From Dethiobacteria bacterium (GTDB taxonomy: Bacteria; Bacillota; Dethiobacteria; DTU022; UBA8154): 64,000 nt of DNA. Shown here one piece after another: positions 28,903 through 38,561 of this stretch. The notes under the pieces were generated by a model. It saw only the letters and a program-made list of their open reading frames with translations, searched no databases and was not told where the DNA came from. The stretch lies in the NCBI GenBank assembly GCA_050942615.1, contig JBMNNQ010000002.1, positions 19,722 through 83,721 of the forward strand, written 5' to 3'. How positions within the stretch are numbered: position 1 is the first letter of the stretch; each line of letters opens with the position of its first letter. A program made the position numbers and the translations under genes.

Positions 28903-29562
28903 ATGTGTGGCCGTTTTTCTTTTTCAGATCTACGGGGTCTGGTTATGTACTTTAAAATAAACCTACCCCCTGGGATCAAGCCCCGCTATAACATTGCCCC
29001 CACTCAGGATATTTTGGCCCTTGTTTACAATAAAGAGTTGCAGGCTGTATATTTCAGGTGGGGGCTGCTCCCCTCTTGGTCCAAAAATATTGGCCCGGGC
29101 CTGATTAACGCCCGGGCAGAAACGGTTGCGCAAAAACCCAGCTTTCGGCAGAGCCTGCGCAACAGAAGATGTCTCGTTCCTGCAGATGGTTTTTATGAAT
29201 GGAAAAAAGAAGGAAAGAAGAAAAAGCCCTATCGAATTACACTGCAAGGCGGGGGTGTGTTTTTCTTCGCGGGGCTCTGGGATGCCTGGAAATCACCCCA
29301 GGAAGGAACTATTAATTCCTGTACGATCATCACTACCGCAGCAAATGGTCTGTTAAAGCCTGTTCACAACCGTATGCCGGTAATTTTGTCAAAAGAAGCG
29401 GCAACAACCTGGCTTCACCGGGACACAGATCTTTTCACACTGAAAAGCCTGTTAACCCCCTGCCCCTCAGAACTACTGACTGCCTTTGAAATTTCAACCC
29501 TGATCAACAACCCCCGGGACGATAACCCTGATGTATTGCAGCCCCTGGAAAAGGATGACTAA
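28903..29562 (+). CDS. SOS-response-associated peptidase (SRAP/YedK/HMCES family, abasic-site processing)
   Basis: N-terminal MCGRF with catalytic Cys2, and the family-typical ...YNIAPTQ...NARAET...HNRMPVIL motifs. Confidence 0.8.
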   Translation: MCGRFSFSDLRGLVMYFKINLPPGIKPRYNIAPTQDILALVYNKELQAVYFRWGLLPSWSKNIGPGLINARAETVAQKPSFRQSLRNRRCLVPADGFYEWKKEGKKKKPYRITLQGGGVFFFAGLWDAWKSPQEGTINSCTIITTAANGLLKPVHNRMPVILSKEAATTWLHRDTDLFTLKSLLTPCPSELLTAFEISTLINNPRDDNPDVLQPLEKDD

Positions 29563-29747
29563 AAACAGGGCAGCGGCCTGTGTCCATGATCTTAAACGCA
29601 GGTTGGGGCCGCAAAAAAAGGAGAAATATTCTTGCTGAAACAATTGATTAAATGTTATGAAAAAGGAAATGGGTAGTTAGTAAGGGACAATAGGTGTTGA
29701 AGTGATGCTGAAGTGATTATTTTTCTGGTGAAAAAGGGGGACAGGTC

Positions 29748-30866
29748 GTGGCTTTAAAGGTTTTTCATACAGGTGATTTGCACTTGGGGATGCTTTACAT
29801 GAGCAGGGGGTATCCTGAGGAAATCAGGCGGGAATTGGTAGAGGCACGCTTTCGGACACTGGAAAAAATGGTGGAAAAGGCCAACGCGGAAGAATGTCAG
29901 TTGTTTGTGGTGACAGGTGATCTTTTCGAGCGATTGAATATAAAGGAAGAACAAATTTTGCGGGCTGCCCGGGCACTTTCCAGTTTTAGCGGGGTTTGTG
30001 GTGTGTTGCCGGGGAACCATGACTATTATATCCCCGGTGGTTTGCTTTGGGAAAAGTTCTGTGAATATGCAGGGGATAATATAGTTACGCTGTTTGAGTG
30101 CAGGCCTTATAATCTAAAGGACTTTGGCCTGGATGCAACCCTTTACCCTGCTCCCTGCTGGGCCAAACATTCATCGGTAAACGGTATTAAATGGATTTTT
30201 GAATTGGCTGAAAAACCGGAAACCCGCTGGCATCTGGGCCTGGCCCACGGTACAGTCGAGGGTTATTCCCCGGATTTTGATCAGCATTATTATCCTATGC
30301 AAGAGGAAGAAATTGTTGCTACGGGGCTGGACTTTTGGTTTTTGGGCCATACCCATGTGCGTCTGCCGGCCAGGGATGAATTTTTAAACGGTTATTTTGC
30401 TTACTGCGGGACTCCAGAACCGGACGGGTTTGATTGCTGGCACGAGGGTTCTGCCTGGATAATCCGGCTAGGGGAAGAGGTGGGCGTGGAAGGGAAAGCT
30501 GTGATTACCGGCCACTACACTTTCAAGGATCTGGAAAAAACGGTCAACAAGGCGACGGAAATCGAAGCGCTTGCCCGGGAATTGTCCGGGAGGGGTGACC
30601 ATACCTTGGCAAGGTTAAAGTTGCAGGGTATTCTGCCGCGCGCAGACTTTGAAAATCGTCACTACTGGCGGGATAAAATGAAAGAGAGGCTTTTTTACCT
30701 GGAGTGGAATGATACCCTGTTGCAAATGGAGATAAACCGGGATACCATAGGAGAACTTTTTACTGAAGGTTCTTTTCCCTTCCTGCTGTTGGAACGCCTG
30801 GCTAAGGGGGAAGACCGGAAAGCCTTGCAGTTAGCCTATGCGCTGATAAATGAGGTGAAAAAATAA
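29748..30866 (+). CDS. Calcineurin-like metallophosphoesterase DNA-repair exonuclease (SbcD/YhaO-like)
   Basis: GTG start with RBS AAAAAGGGGGACAG. Motifs HTGDLHLG, VTGDLFE, LPGNHD, GHTHV. Confidence 0.75.
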   Translation: MALKVFHTGDLHLGMLYMSRGYPEEIRRELVEARFRTLEKMVEKANAEECQLFVVTGDLFERLNIKEEQILRAARALSSFSGVCGVLPGNHDYYIPGGLLWEKFCEYAGDNIVTLFECRPYNLKDFGLDATLYPAPCWAKHSSVNGIKWIFELAEKPETRWHLGLAHGTVEGYSPDFDQHYYPMQEEEIVATGLDFWFLGHTHVRLPARDEFLNGYFAYCGTPEPDGFDCWHEGSAWIIRLGEEVGVEGKAVITGHYTFKDLEKTVNKATEIEALARELSGRGDHTLARLKLQGILPRADFENRHYWRDKMKERLFYLEWNDTLLQMEINRDTIGELFTEGSFPFLLLERLAKGEDRKALQLAYALINEVKK

Positions 30867-30867
30867 A

Positions 30868-33297
30868 GTGATTATTCGTAGGGTCAGGTTGGAGCCTTTT
30901 GGCAGGTTTTCCCGCTGGGGATGTGATTTTGAACCGGGTTTGAATGTTGTTTTGGGGCCCAATGAAGCGGGTAAAACCACACTGGTAAACGCCATACACG
31001 CAGTTTTATTTATCCCTGCGGGTGTAAGAAAAAATTCCCTGGATTGGAAAAACATCATTTCCCGTTATCTGCCCCACCCTCACGGGGACACTGCCCGGGT
31101 GACACTGGAATTTACCGATTCTGAGGGAAAAAGCTTGTTCAGGCTCCGTTATGCCTGGGGTACGGAAAAAGAGGCCCGTCTGGTTTTGGACAAAGGGACA
31201 GAAATAACTGATGAGGCAAATATAAACCAAAAGCTTATAAAATTGCTACGCTATGGCCGGGGGACTTATGAGGAAGTTTTTTTGGCCCGCCAGGCTGAAT
31301 TGGTTGGTACTTTGGATCGCATCAAAGAAGATCAGGAAGCCTTGAATACCCTTGCTGAAATGCTGCGCACTGTTGTATTTCAGTCCGGAGGCATATCTGT
31401 TGATGAACTGGAAAACAAACTGTTACAAAATATGAAAAAGCTGGAAGATAATTGGGAATTTGAAAGTGATACCCCGCGGGGCGGGCGCGACATTGACAAC
31501 CCCTACCGGCGCAACGTTGGCCAGATTCTGGAACAGTTTTACTTGGTGAGGGAATTGCAACAAAAGTTAAAGGGAGCGCAACAGGCGGAAGAGGCTTTGG
31601 AAAGCGCCGTACAGCAGCTTCAGAAAGTAGAAACTGCCTACCGCCATGTTGAAAACAAAGGGCAGGAAATGAAAAGGATCGAGGGAGACGTTAATCGCAG
31701 AAATGCACTCGAACCCCAGTTAGAGGCCTGCGAATTAAGGCAAAAACAGCTGAAAAAAATAACGCTGGATTGGCCTAAAAAAGAAGAAAGAAAAAAACTC
31801 CTGGTAAAAAGAAAGGAAAACCTTATCAAAGAAAAAGAAAAGCTGGAAAAGGAGCTTGCGGAATCCCAAAAAGAGTTGGAGATAAAGAAAAAGCGGGCTC
31901 TTTACCATAAAGCCAAAGAGCTCAGGGAAGAGCTTAACGATAAAAAAGAAGAGCTTGGCAAACTGCCTTCTATTACCCCGGAAAAAATGCAGGCATTAGC
32001 AGATAAAGAAAAAAAGCTTTCTGGTTTGCAGGCAGAAATCGGGGGCATGAAATTAAAGATCAGATTGACAACAGAAAAAACAATGGAGGTAAAAGCGGAA
32101 TCAGGGCTTAAGCAAAAAGAAGTCTTTCAGTTTGAAGGCGAGAAAGTGTTTGAAGCGCAGGGACGTTTTCGCCTTGAAGCCCCGGGGTGGGGTGTTGACA
32201 TCCAGTCAGGGGTAAAGGATGTGGAGGCGCTTCTGCAAAAAATAGAAAAATTAGAAGGTGAAATAAAAGCGATATTACAAGGGTTGACGCTTTCTTCAGT
32301 AGCTGAAGCCCGGAAGACGCACCAAAAGGCAGTAGAAATAGGGGCGAAAGTGCATACCCTTGCAGAACGGTTCAAAGATGCCCTGGCAGGGCATTCTTTT
32401 GACGACCTCAAAGGGGAGCTTGCTGCGGCAGGGGCGGAAAAGGCCGTACGTGATCCGGTGCAGATAAACAAAGACGTTTTGGAAAAGGAATTTGAATTTA
32501 AAGATATTACCGGGGAAATAGATGCATTAAAAGAACAACTGGCAGGCTGGCAGGCTGAATACAGCGATCATGGCAGCCTGTTAGAGGATATGGTTGAATT
32601 GATGGGTAAAAGCAAGGAAATAAAAGGGGACCTGGAAAAATTGGCCCCCCTGCCGGAAGGGTTCAGCAGTGCTGAAGCTTTTTTAAGTAACTTTCGGGAA
32701 CTGGAGATCAAGAAAGAAATTCTGTTGGAAGAGCTGCAGTCCTGCAGGGAAAATAAAATTAAAGCGGAAGGCAATATGCCTGAAGAATCACCGGAAGAAA
32801 TTACAGGAGCTTTACGCAGTGCTGAAAAGAAGCTGCAGGATCTTAAAAGCGAAGCTGCAGCCCTGCGGACTGTTAAAAGGGAATTCTACAAGTTAAAAGA
32901 AGCGCTAGATGTAGAAACCTTTCAACCCTTCCAGGAGCTTTTTTTAGAGTATCTTTCCCCCCTGACCGGATACCGTTACAGCCATGCCCGGATGGAGGAG
33001 GCTTTGCCCAAAAGCATTGCTGCTGCAGGCGACACAGCACCTCTGCCGCTGGAACTGCTTTCCTGCGGCACAATCAGCGGGGTGGCGTTGGCTTTGCGCT
33101 TGGCGATGGCCCGTTATCTGCTTGGGGAAAATGAAGGTTTCATCGTGATGGATGATCCCTTGGTTGACCTGGATCCCGAAAGGAAGAAACAGGCTGCGGT
33201 GGTTCTGCAGAAGGCTGCTGAAAACAAACAGATTATTATCACAACTTTTGATCCGGATACTGCTGCACTGTTAGGAGGCCATCTTGTGGAGTTTTAA
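30868..33297 (+). CDS. AAA/ABC-type ATPase with long coiled coil (SbcC/YhaN-like)
   Basis: Walker A GPNEAGKTT, about 500 aa of heptad-rich coiled coil, and a C-terminal Walker B/D-loop FIVMDDPLVDLD. Immediately follows and is coupled to the SbcD-like gene. Confidence 0.75.
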   Translation: MIIRRVRLEPFGRFSRWGCDFEPGLNVVLGPNEAGKTTLVNAIHAVLFIPAGVRKNSLDWKNIISRYLPHPHGDTARVTLEFTDSEGKSLFRLRYAWGTEKEARLVLDKGTEITDEANINQKLIKLLRYGRGTYEEVFLARQAELVGTLDRIKEDQEALNTLAEMLRTVVFQSGGISVDELENKLLQNMKKLEDNWEFESDTPRGGRDIDNPYRRNVGQILEQFYLVRELQQKLKGAQQAEEALESAVQQLQKVETAYRHVENKGQEMKRIEGDVNRRNALEPQLEACELRQKQLKKITLDWPKKEERKKLLVKRKENLIKEKEKLEKELAESQKELEIKKKRALYHKAKELREELNDKKEELGKLPSITPEKMQALADKEKKLSGLQAEIGGMKLKIRLTTEKTMEVKAESGLKQKEVFQFEGEKVFEAQGRFRLEAPGWGVDIQSGVKDVEALLQKIEKLEGEIKAILQGLTLSSVAEARKTHQKAVEIGAKVHTLAERFKDALAGHSFDDLKGELAAAGAEKAVRDPVQINKDVLEKEFEFKDITGEIDALKEQLAGWQAEYSDHGSLLEDMVELMGKSKEIKGDLEKLAPLPEGFSSAEAFLSNFRELEIKKEILLEELQSCRENKIKAEGNMPEESPEEITGALRSAEKKLQDLKSEAAALRTVKREFYKLKEALDVETFQPFQELFLEYLSPLTGYRYSHARMEEALPKSIAAAGDTAPLPLELLSCGTISGVALALRLAMARYLLGENEGFIVMDDPLVDLDPERKKQAAVVLQKAAENKQIIITTFDPDTAALLGGHLVEF

Positions 33298-33371
33298 ACC
33301 TTCCTTTGTTTTGCCTGGGCTGTTTTTCGGGAAAAGTGGGGAAAGCTACATATGGAGGTACGCTAAAATAG

Positions 33372-34262
33372 ATGAAGCCTTGGGAAAGAGTGGATAACAC
33401 TATTAAAGGGTTGGCAGCAGATCGGGTTCCTTTTGGGGAGGTGTTGATCGATCCGCTTTTTTGCCAAAAGGCGTTGCAGAATAAAAAACTTACGTTTTCC
33501 CTGGCCAAAGAATTTTGGGAACAGTCGGGGCTGGATTTAGTTGTCTTTAATCCATGTTGCGGGGAAGTTGTTTTGCAGGGTACCTCTGAAAATGTCTTCA
33601 GGTGGCGGGAAAAAACTGATTACTACCTTTTTGCAATTATTAGTGGGGGCTTTTCAAGGGGGTTGGATACCTTTGGATTTGCAGAATTTATGGACTTTGC
33701 CTTCAAGGATCCGGCAGGCATGCAAAAAATTGCCAGGGCCATGTCCCTGCAAGAACTGGAAACAGGTAAAAAATGCATTGAAGCCGGTGTTCATGCCGTT
33801 ATGATCGGGGACGACATTGCCTACCAAAGGGGCACATATTTTTCCCCAAAACAGATGCGGCAACTTTTTTTCCCTATTCTACGCGAACAGGTGGAAAAAC
33901 TTAAGGAACTAAATGTTCCTGTTTTTTTCCACAGCGACGGCAACCTGAATGCTGTTATGGATGATCTGCTGGGCATGGGCTTTGATGGCCTGCAGTGCCT
34001 GGAACCCGGGGCGGGGATGGATATTGCAGTAGTGAAAAAAAACTATGGTGACCAGGTATGTCTGATGGGAAATATAGATCTTTCCTTGCTGCATCAGGAG
34101 GTAGAGGATGAAAAGATCCGGGAGACTGTGACCAGGACGGTTATAACTGCTAAAAAAGGGGGGCGTTATATTTTTGGGACATCAGGCGGTTTACATCAGG
34201 GCTTGCCGGTAGAAAAAGTTAAAACAATGTATCAGGCTGCACGGCAGGTGTCCTTCTACTGA
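33372..34262 (+). CDS. Uroporphyrinogen-decarboxylase (URO-D) family protein, MtaA/CmuA-like methyltransferase type
   Basis: URO-D-fold motifs in the C-terminal half (VMIGDDIAYQRGTYFSP...FFHSDGNLNAVMDDLLGMGFDGLQCLEP...LMGNID). At 296 aa it is shorter than canonical HemE. Confidence 0.65.
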   Translation: MKPWERVDNTIKGLAADRVPFGEVLIDPLFCQKALQNKKLTFSLAKEFWEQSGLDLVVFNPCCGEVVLQGTSENVFRWREKTDYYLFAIISGGFSRGLDTFGFAEFMDFAFKDPAGMQKIARAMSLQELETGKKCIEAGVHAVMIGDDIAYQRGTYFSPKQMRQLFFPILREQVEKLKELNVPVFFHSDGNLNAVMDDLLGMGFDGLQCLEPGAGMDIAVVKKNYGDQVCLMGNIDLSLLHQEVEDEKIRETVTRTVITAKKGGRYIFGTSGGLHQGLPVEKVKTMYQAARQVSFY

Positions 34263-34482
34263 AATTCTTAATTTCCCTTAAAAACCTCCCCCCTAGACGC
34301 GGCGCCTCTGCAGTGTTCCTGGCCCTTCCATTGTTTGTATAAAAGATGGCCTATACTTAAAAAGCCTGCACAGGCTGGGTAAACCCTGGCTTGGCTATGG
34401 ATATGGAAACCCTTATAGCTTGGCTATGGATATGGAAGCCCATATAAATGGTATAATAAAATGGACAAAGGGGGTGTTTTCT

Positions 34483-35409
34483 ATGCCGGAACAAGAAAGG
34501 CTGGGGTATATCCTCAAAGGAAGGATCCTGGGAAGGCATAATCCCCAACAATATTGCCGGCAGGTTGCCCGGTGGTTTGCATACATTGTATTAACCTGGC
34601 AAAAAAAAGTGGGCAGTTGCCATCTCGTTTCGCCACGAAAACAGGCCGGGAATATTATTTACTTAAAAAAGAACTTTAATCCTGCCGATTACAGCACCCT
34701 TTGGGAATTTATCCAGAACGGGCCTGTAAAAAGTAGGGTGACAACTGCCAGGCAAGGCGCCGGTTTGTCGGGTGCCGGCTACCAGTCAGAGCTGGAAAAA
34801 CTGACAGGCAATTATCTTCATAACCTGCTCACTCTGGTTATTGCAGAGCTAATTGAAGAACATAACCCTTTCTTGCGGGAATGGGTGCAAGGGTCTAATT
34901 TTCGGCATGATTTTGGGGAAACAGTTCCCTACAGGGTGGAAAACGCCGGCAGGATTGCAGCCGAAGTTCTCTCTTCTGACTTAATTGGTGATTTTCTTAT
35001 GCAGACCTTTACTGCCGAGTTAAAGGCCGGGGTTCTCAAGATACCCTGCCAAACGTTATTTCAACATGGGAACAAGGCAGCCCAAAAAATGCTAAGGGAA
35101 GAACGTCAAAGGCGTATGGAATTTGCAGCAAGACAGCGGCTGGGTGAGGCGGCAGACCGTAAAAAGGCTGCAGTGCTCTGGCAAAGGGTATGGGGGAAAG
35201 TGGAAAGGCGGGAGGGGGAAGTTGGCCGGAAAAGATTGCAAAAACAAGTAATCGATCAGCATATTTATGAAGAAAAATTAAAGCATATTTTTGAAGAGCT
35301 CTGCAGCGAGGGGACAAAAAGAACAGAAATAAAATTTTTGGCCCTGTTCCCGCAGTGTAACTTTTCAAATTCTGTTACAAAAGTACTCACAAATTTTCCC
35401 GGTGACTAG
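34483..35409 (+). CDS. Hypothetical protein
   Basis: ORF with RBS AAAGGGGGTG upstream of ATG 34483. No family recognised; the C-terminal region is Arg/Glu-rich and helical. Confidence 0.5.
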   Translation: MPEQERLGYILKGRILGRHNPQQYCRQVARWFAYIVLTWQKKVGSCHLVSPRKQAGNIIYLKKNFNPADYSTLWEFIQNGPVKSRVTTARQGAGLSGAGYQSELEKLTGNYLHNLLTLVIAELIEEHNPFLREWVQGSNFRHDFGETVPYRVENAGRIAAEVLSSDLIGDFLMQTFTAELKAGVLKIPCQTLFQHGNKAAQKMLREERQRRMEFAARQRLGEAADRKKAAVLWQRVWGKVERREGEVGRKRLQKQVIDQHIYEEKLKHIFEELCSEGTKRTEIKFLALFPQCNFSNSVTKVLTNFPGD

Positions 35410-35543
35410 TGCCAGCGGGTACTGGTTTATAATATAATATTATAACTATAAGATTGCGTTTCTTAATAACAATGTGACCGCTTTTAGCACGAAAATAGAC
35501 AGCGCTGAACATGACTATGACTATTGTAGAAAGGGGGATTTAT

Positions 35544-36116
35544 ATGGGCGAAATACCGATTATTAAAGATTTGCGGTTAACTGCCTATTTTCAAAAACTT
35601 TCTGCAGATTCCCCTTACCCCAGCGCCGGGTCATCCGCAGCCTTGACTGTTGCCCATGCTGCAGCCCTTTTTGCCATGGCCTGCCGGGTAAACCTAAGAA
35701 AAATTAAAGAGGGCTTATCTGCAGAGAAGGGAAACAACGGCCGGCAGGTTTTTTGGCAGGAAACCTTGGGGAAAGCAGAACTTCTTTTTGAACAAACGCT
35801 TGCATTGGCCCAGGAAGACGGTTTTGCGGTAAAAGATTTTATTGAAGGGGTTCCCCGGGGTGCGGAAAGGGCCACCGCCATCCCTTTGAAAATTGCCCGT
35901 TGTGCCGGGGAAATAATCATTTTGACCAAGGGCGCCCTTCCAAAATCTTATGTTCCTGTGCAGGCAGATGTGGAATGTGCCCGCTGTTTGGCAGCAGGGG
36001 GCAAACAGGCTGCCCTTACAGTAGCCCGCTATAATCTTCCCCTGCTTGATCAGGATAAAAGGGAAAGTTATGCTGACCAAATTTCCAAAGTTGATCAGGA
36101 TGGGGCAAGGCCTTGA
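35544..36116 (+). CDS. Formiminotransferase-cyclodeaminase C-terminal-like (FTCD_C / methenyl-THF cyclohydrolase-like) protein
   Basis: ADSPYPSAGSSAALTVAHAAALFAMACRVNL matches the folate-binding helical FTCD_C signature. RBS AAAGGGGGA precedes ATG 35544. Confidence 0.6.
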   Translation: MGEIPIIKDLRLTAYFQKLSADSPYPSAGSSAALTVAHAAALFAMACRVNLRKIKEGLSAEKGNNGRQVFWQETLGKAELLFEQTLALAQEDGFAVKDFIEGVPRGAERATAIPLKIARCAGEIIILTKGALPKSYVPVQADVECARCLAAGGKQAALTVARYNLPLLDQDKRESYADQISKVDQDGARP

Positions 36117-36257
36117 TACGTAAATTTCTACAATAATAGCCGTAATAGCCGGGCCTGTAAAGGCCGCAATCATAAATATTTTTTGCCGGCAGGGAAAATC
36201 ATATTTAAAAAGTTTTCGGTTTGGGAAAAATATAACAAAACCGGGTTGGGTAATTGC

Positions 36258-36461
36258 ATGCAAAAAAAAATCAGCCGGAAACATGGGCTGGGAAAGGCGG
36301 CTTGTGCTATGCACAGGATTAAAAAAACAGTATTTGTTACCTTAGCTGTTTTATTCTTAATTATCGGTGCTGCGGGTGTTATACTGCCAATTTTACCAGC
36401 GATACCGTTTTTACTGGTGGCCTCTTATTTTTTAACAAAGGGGACTGCACAGTTTAGCTAA
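36258..36461 (+). pseudogene. Truncated DUF454/YbaN-family inner-membrane protein
   Basis: GVILPILPAIPFLLVASYFLTKG matches the YbaN core, but the ORF stops after the first TM hairpin (about 67 aa versus about 125 aa). Confidence 0.35.
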
Positions 36462-36524
36462 GGGTACCCCGTTTTTTGCAGGTGTTAATCAAACATTTTT
36501 GCAAAGGAAACCAGAGCCCGGTGG

Positions 36525-36575
36525 GAAAGTTTTCTTACCTGATACCCAGGTAGTTTGTTTTGCAGGGAACTAACC
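36525..36575 (+). terminator. Rho-independent terminator candidate
   Basis: GC-rich hairpin (CAGGG..CCGGCCGG..CCCUG) followed by TTTTTTGTATTTT. Confidence 0.4.
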
Positions 36576-36639
36576 GGCCGGCGCCCTGGTTTTTTGTATT
36601 TTAACTGTTTTACAGGGAGGTTAGGGGAATGCCGTCAAA

Positions 36640-38325
36640 CTATTTTATGACCCTTAAGGGCCTCATCATATCATTGTCTTCATGTTCCAAGATATGGCAG
36701 TGCCAGACATAATCACCGGTATGTTCCTTAAAATGCATTACAATAGTTGTGACCTCCCCGGGTGTCGCCCTGGCTACGTCTTTAAGCCCTTTTTCGTAAT
36801 CTGCGGGCGGGGTTAAACTTTCCGGAACAAACAAATAGTTTCCGTCAGCATCAAAATCATCAGCGGCAAACGGTTTCCTACCTAATATTTCAAAGTTAAC
36901 CAAATGAACATGAATGGGGTGGGGAAAGGCAAAATGGTTTACCAGATGCCATATCTCTATAGTGTCCAGTTTGGCAATTTCTGTAGCCGGTTCATGCCAC
37001 ATGCGGTCGTTTAAAAGATGCAACACCCTGCCAAAGTGATCGGTAGTTTCATCCAGGTGCAAAGTTCTCTCCCTGTAAGCCAAAGCGGGGTTGATGCTGT
37101 GGTAGGGGAACAGATCTTCGGGCATAGCACTTGTATCCGGGTGTTTTAAGGGCAGTACAACCCTAAATTGCATAATCAGGCCGGTATCTTCATCAGCCGG
37201 CGGGGTGCTTCCCGGCCCCCCGTTTACCAGGTTTATGCTTTGCCCTTGAAATTGGGAAAAATCAATAACGACGTCGATTCTTTCTGCGGGTTCCAGAATG
37301 AAAGAATTAATGGCAATAGATTGCCGCAGCAGCCCTTGTTCTGTGCCTATTTGATAAAAAGAAGCCCCATTATCCAGGCTGAAATCATATGCCCTTAAAT
37401 TGGAGGCATTTAAAATTCGAAACCTGTATTTACGGGGTTCAACATCCAAATAGGGCCACAGTTTTCCGTTTACAGCTATCGTGTTGCCCAGAAAAAATGA
37501 GGGGGTTGACGGCACGGGTTTTGTTACCGGCGGGGTAGCGTTGTCCGGGTAGAATAAAGAACCGTTTTCATTAAAAGTTTTATCCTGGACTAGAAGGGGG
37601 ACCTCATAGGGCCTTTCAGGCAGATTTAACCTTTTTTCCAACCGATCCCTGATCAGGTAAAATCCAGCCAAGCCGGCGTACACATTTAACCTTGTGATGC
37701 CGACAGCATGATCATGGTACCATAAAGTGGCTCCGGGTTGATGATTAGTATATTCATAGACCTTTCTGGTAAAGTTTTGGCCTACTGTAGCAAAATTTTG
37801 GGTAAACCAGGCGTCTGGGTGGCCGTCGCTATGATCTGCAACATTGGCGCCGTGTAAGTGAACTACCGTTCTCACATCCGGGGTATCCATGGTGCCATGC
37901 AAGGTATGATCCACCGGTAACAGGTGTTTAAGGGGCAGGTTGTTGATCCATTCGACCTCAATAGCAGTATCCTTATGTACTTCAATAGTGGGGCCGGGGA
38001 CAGTGCCATTGTACCCCCAAACTGTAGTTGGGGGAAACAATTTATGAAACCTGTGTTTTGCCTCCTGCATGGTTATACAATAGGTTTTACGAAGGCCCTG
38101 CATCTCTATTTTCTGTTTACTGCCCGGGGGGTAGGCTGGGTAATGCTGCCGGGAAGCCCGGGTGCCCAAAGGGATTCTGCCGGGAAAACGGGGGGGGCTA
38201 ACAACTGCTGCATGTACATTACACGGTCTTGCCACTTTGGGAATGGGTAGCGGATCGACAAATTTTGGAAAGGTAGAGGGAGCGGCCGGGTTTACCTGGA
38301 ATTTTTTTTCAACATGTTTTTCCAT
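36640..38325 (-). CDS. Multicopper oxidase (CotA/laccase/bilirubin-oxidase type)
   Basis: Copper-binding motifs HLHGANV, WYHDHA and HCHILEHEDNDMM. No obvious signal peptide. Confidence 0.85.
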   Translation of the reverse strand: MEKHVEKKFQVNPAAPSTFPKFVDPLPIPKVARPCNVHAAVVSPPRFPGRIPLGTRASRQHYPAYPPGSKQKIEMQGLRKTYCITMQEAKHRFHKLFPPTTVWGYNGTVPGPTIEVHKDTAIEVEWINNLPLKHLLPVDHTLHGTMDTPDVRTVVHLHGANVADHSDGHPDAWFTQNFATVGQNFTRKVYEYTNHQPGATLWYHDHAVGITRLNVYAGLAGFYLIRDRLEKRLNLPERPYEVPLLVQDKTFNENGSLFYPDNATPPVTKPVPSTPSFFLGNTIAVNGKLWPYLDVEPRKYRFRILNASNLRAYDFSLDNGASFYQIGTEQGLLRQSIAINSFILEPAERIDVVIDFSQFQGQSINLVNGGPGSTPPADEDTGLIMQFRVVLPLKHPDTSAMPEDLFPYHSINPALAYRERTLHLDETTDHFGRVLHLLNDRMWHEPATEIAKLDTIEIWHLVNHFAFPHPIHVHLVNFEILGRKPFAADDFDADGNYLFVPESLTPPADYEKGLKDVARATPGEVTTIVMHFKEHTGDYVWHCHILEHEDNDMMRPLRVIK

Positions 38326-38490
38326 TAGATATTTCCTTTCTTTAGGTATTTGTATATTCTATGTTTTGTTTTCTGTTTTTGCCCGTTTTAAAAGGGGGTC
38401 CCAGGAAGAATTCAGGATAGGGGGCTACTGTGGCGGGGGGGCCAGGCGGTATTGGCTGCGAAACCTTTAACCGGCTCCTCCCGGCCCTGG

Positions 38491-38530
38491 GGAATAAAAA
38501 TAACAGCGCCGTAAACAGTGGCACGGCGCT
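38491..38530 (-). terminator. Rho-independent terminator for the MFS transporter gene (minus strand)
   Basis: ACAGCGCCGU/ACGGCGCUGU stem followed on the minus strand by a U-run (plus-strand AATAAAAATA). Confidence 0.55.
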
Positions 38531-38561
38531 GTCCTGGTGAACCGCTGTAAACAGATAAAAC

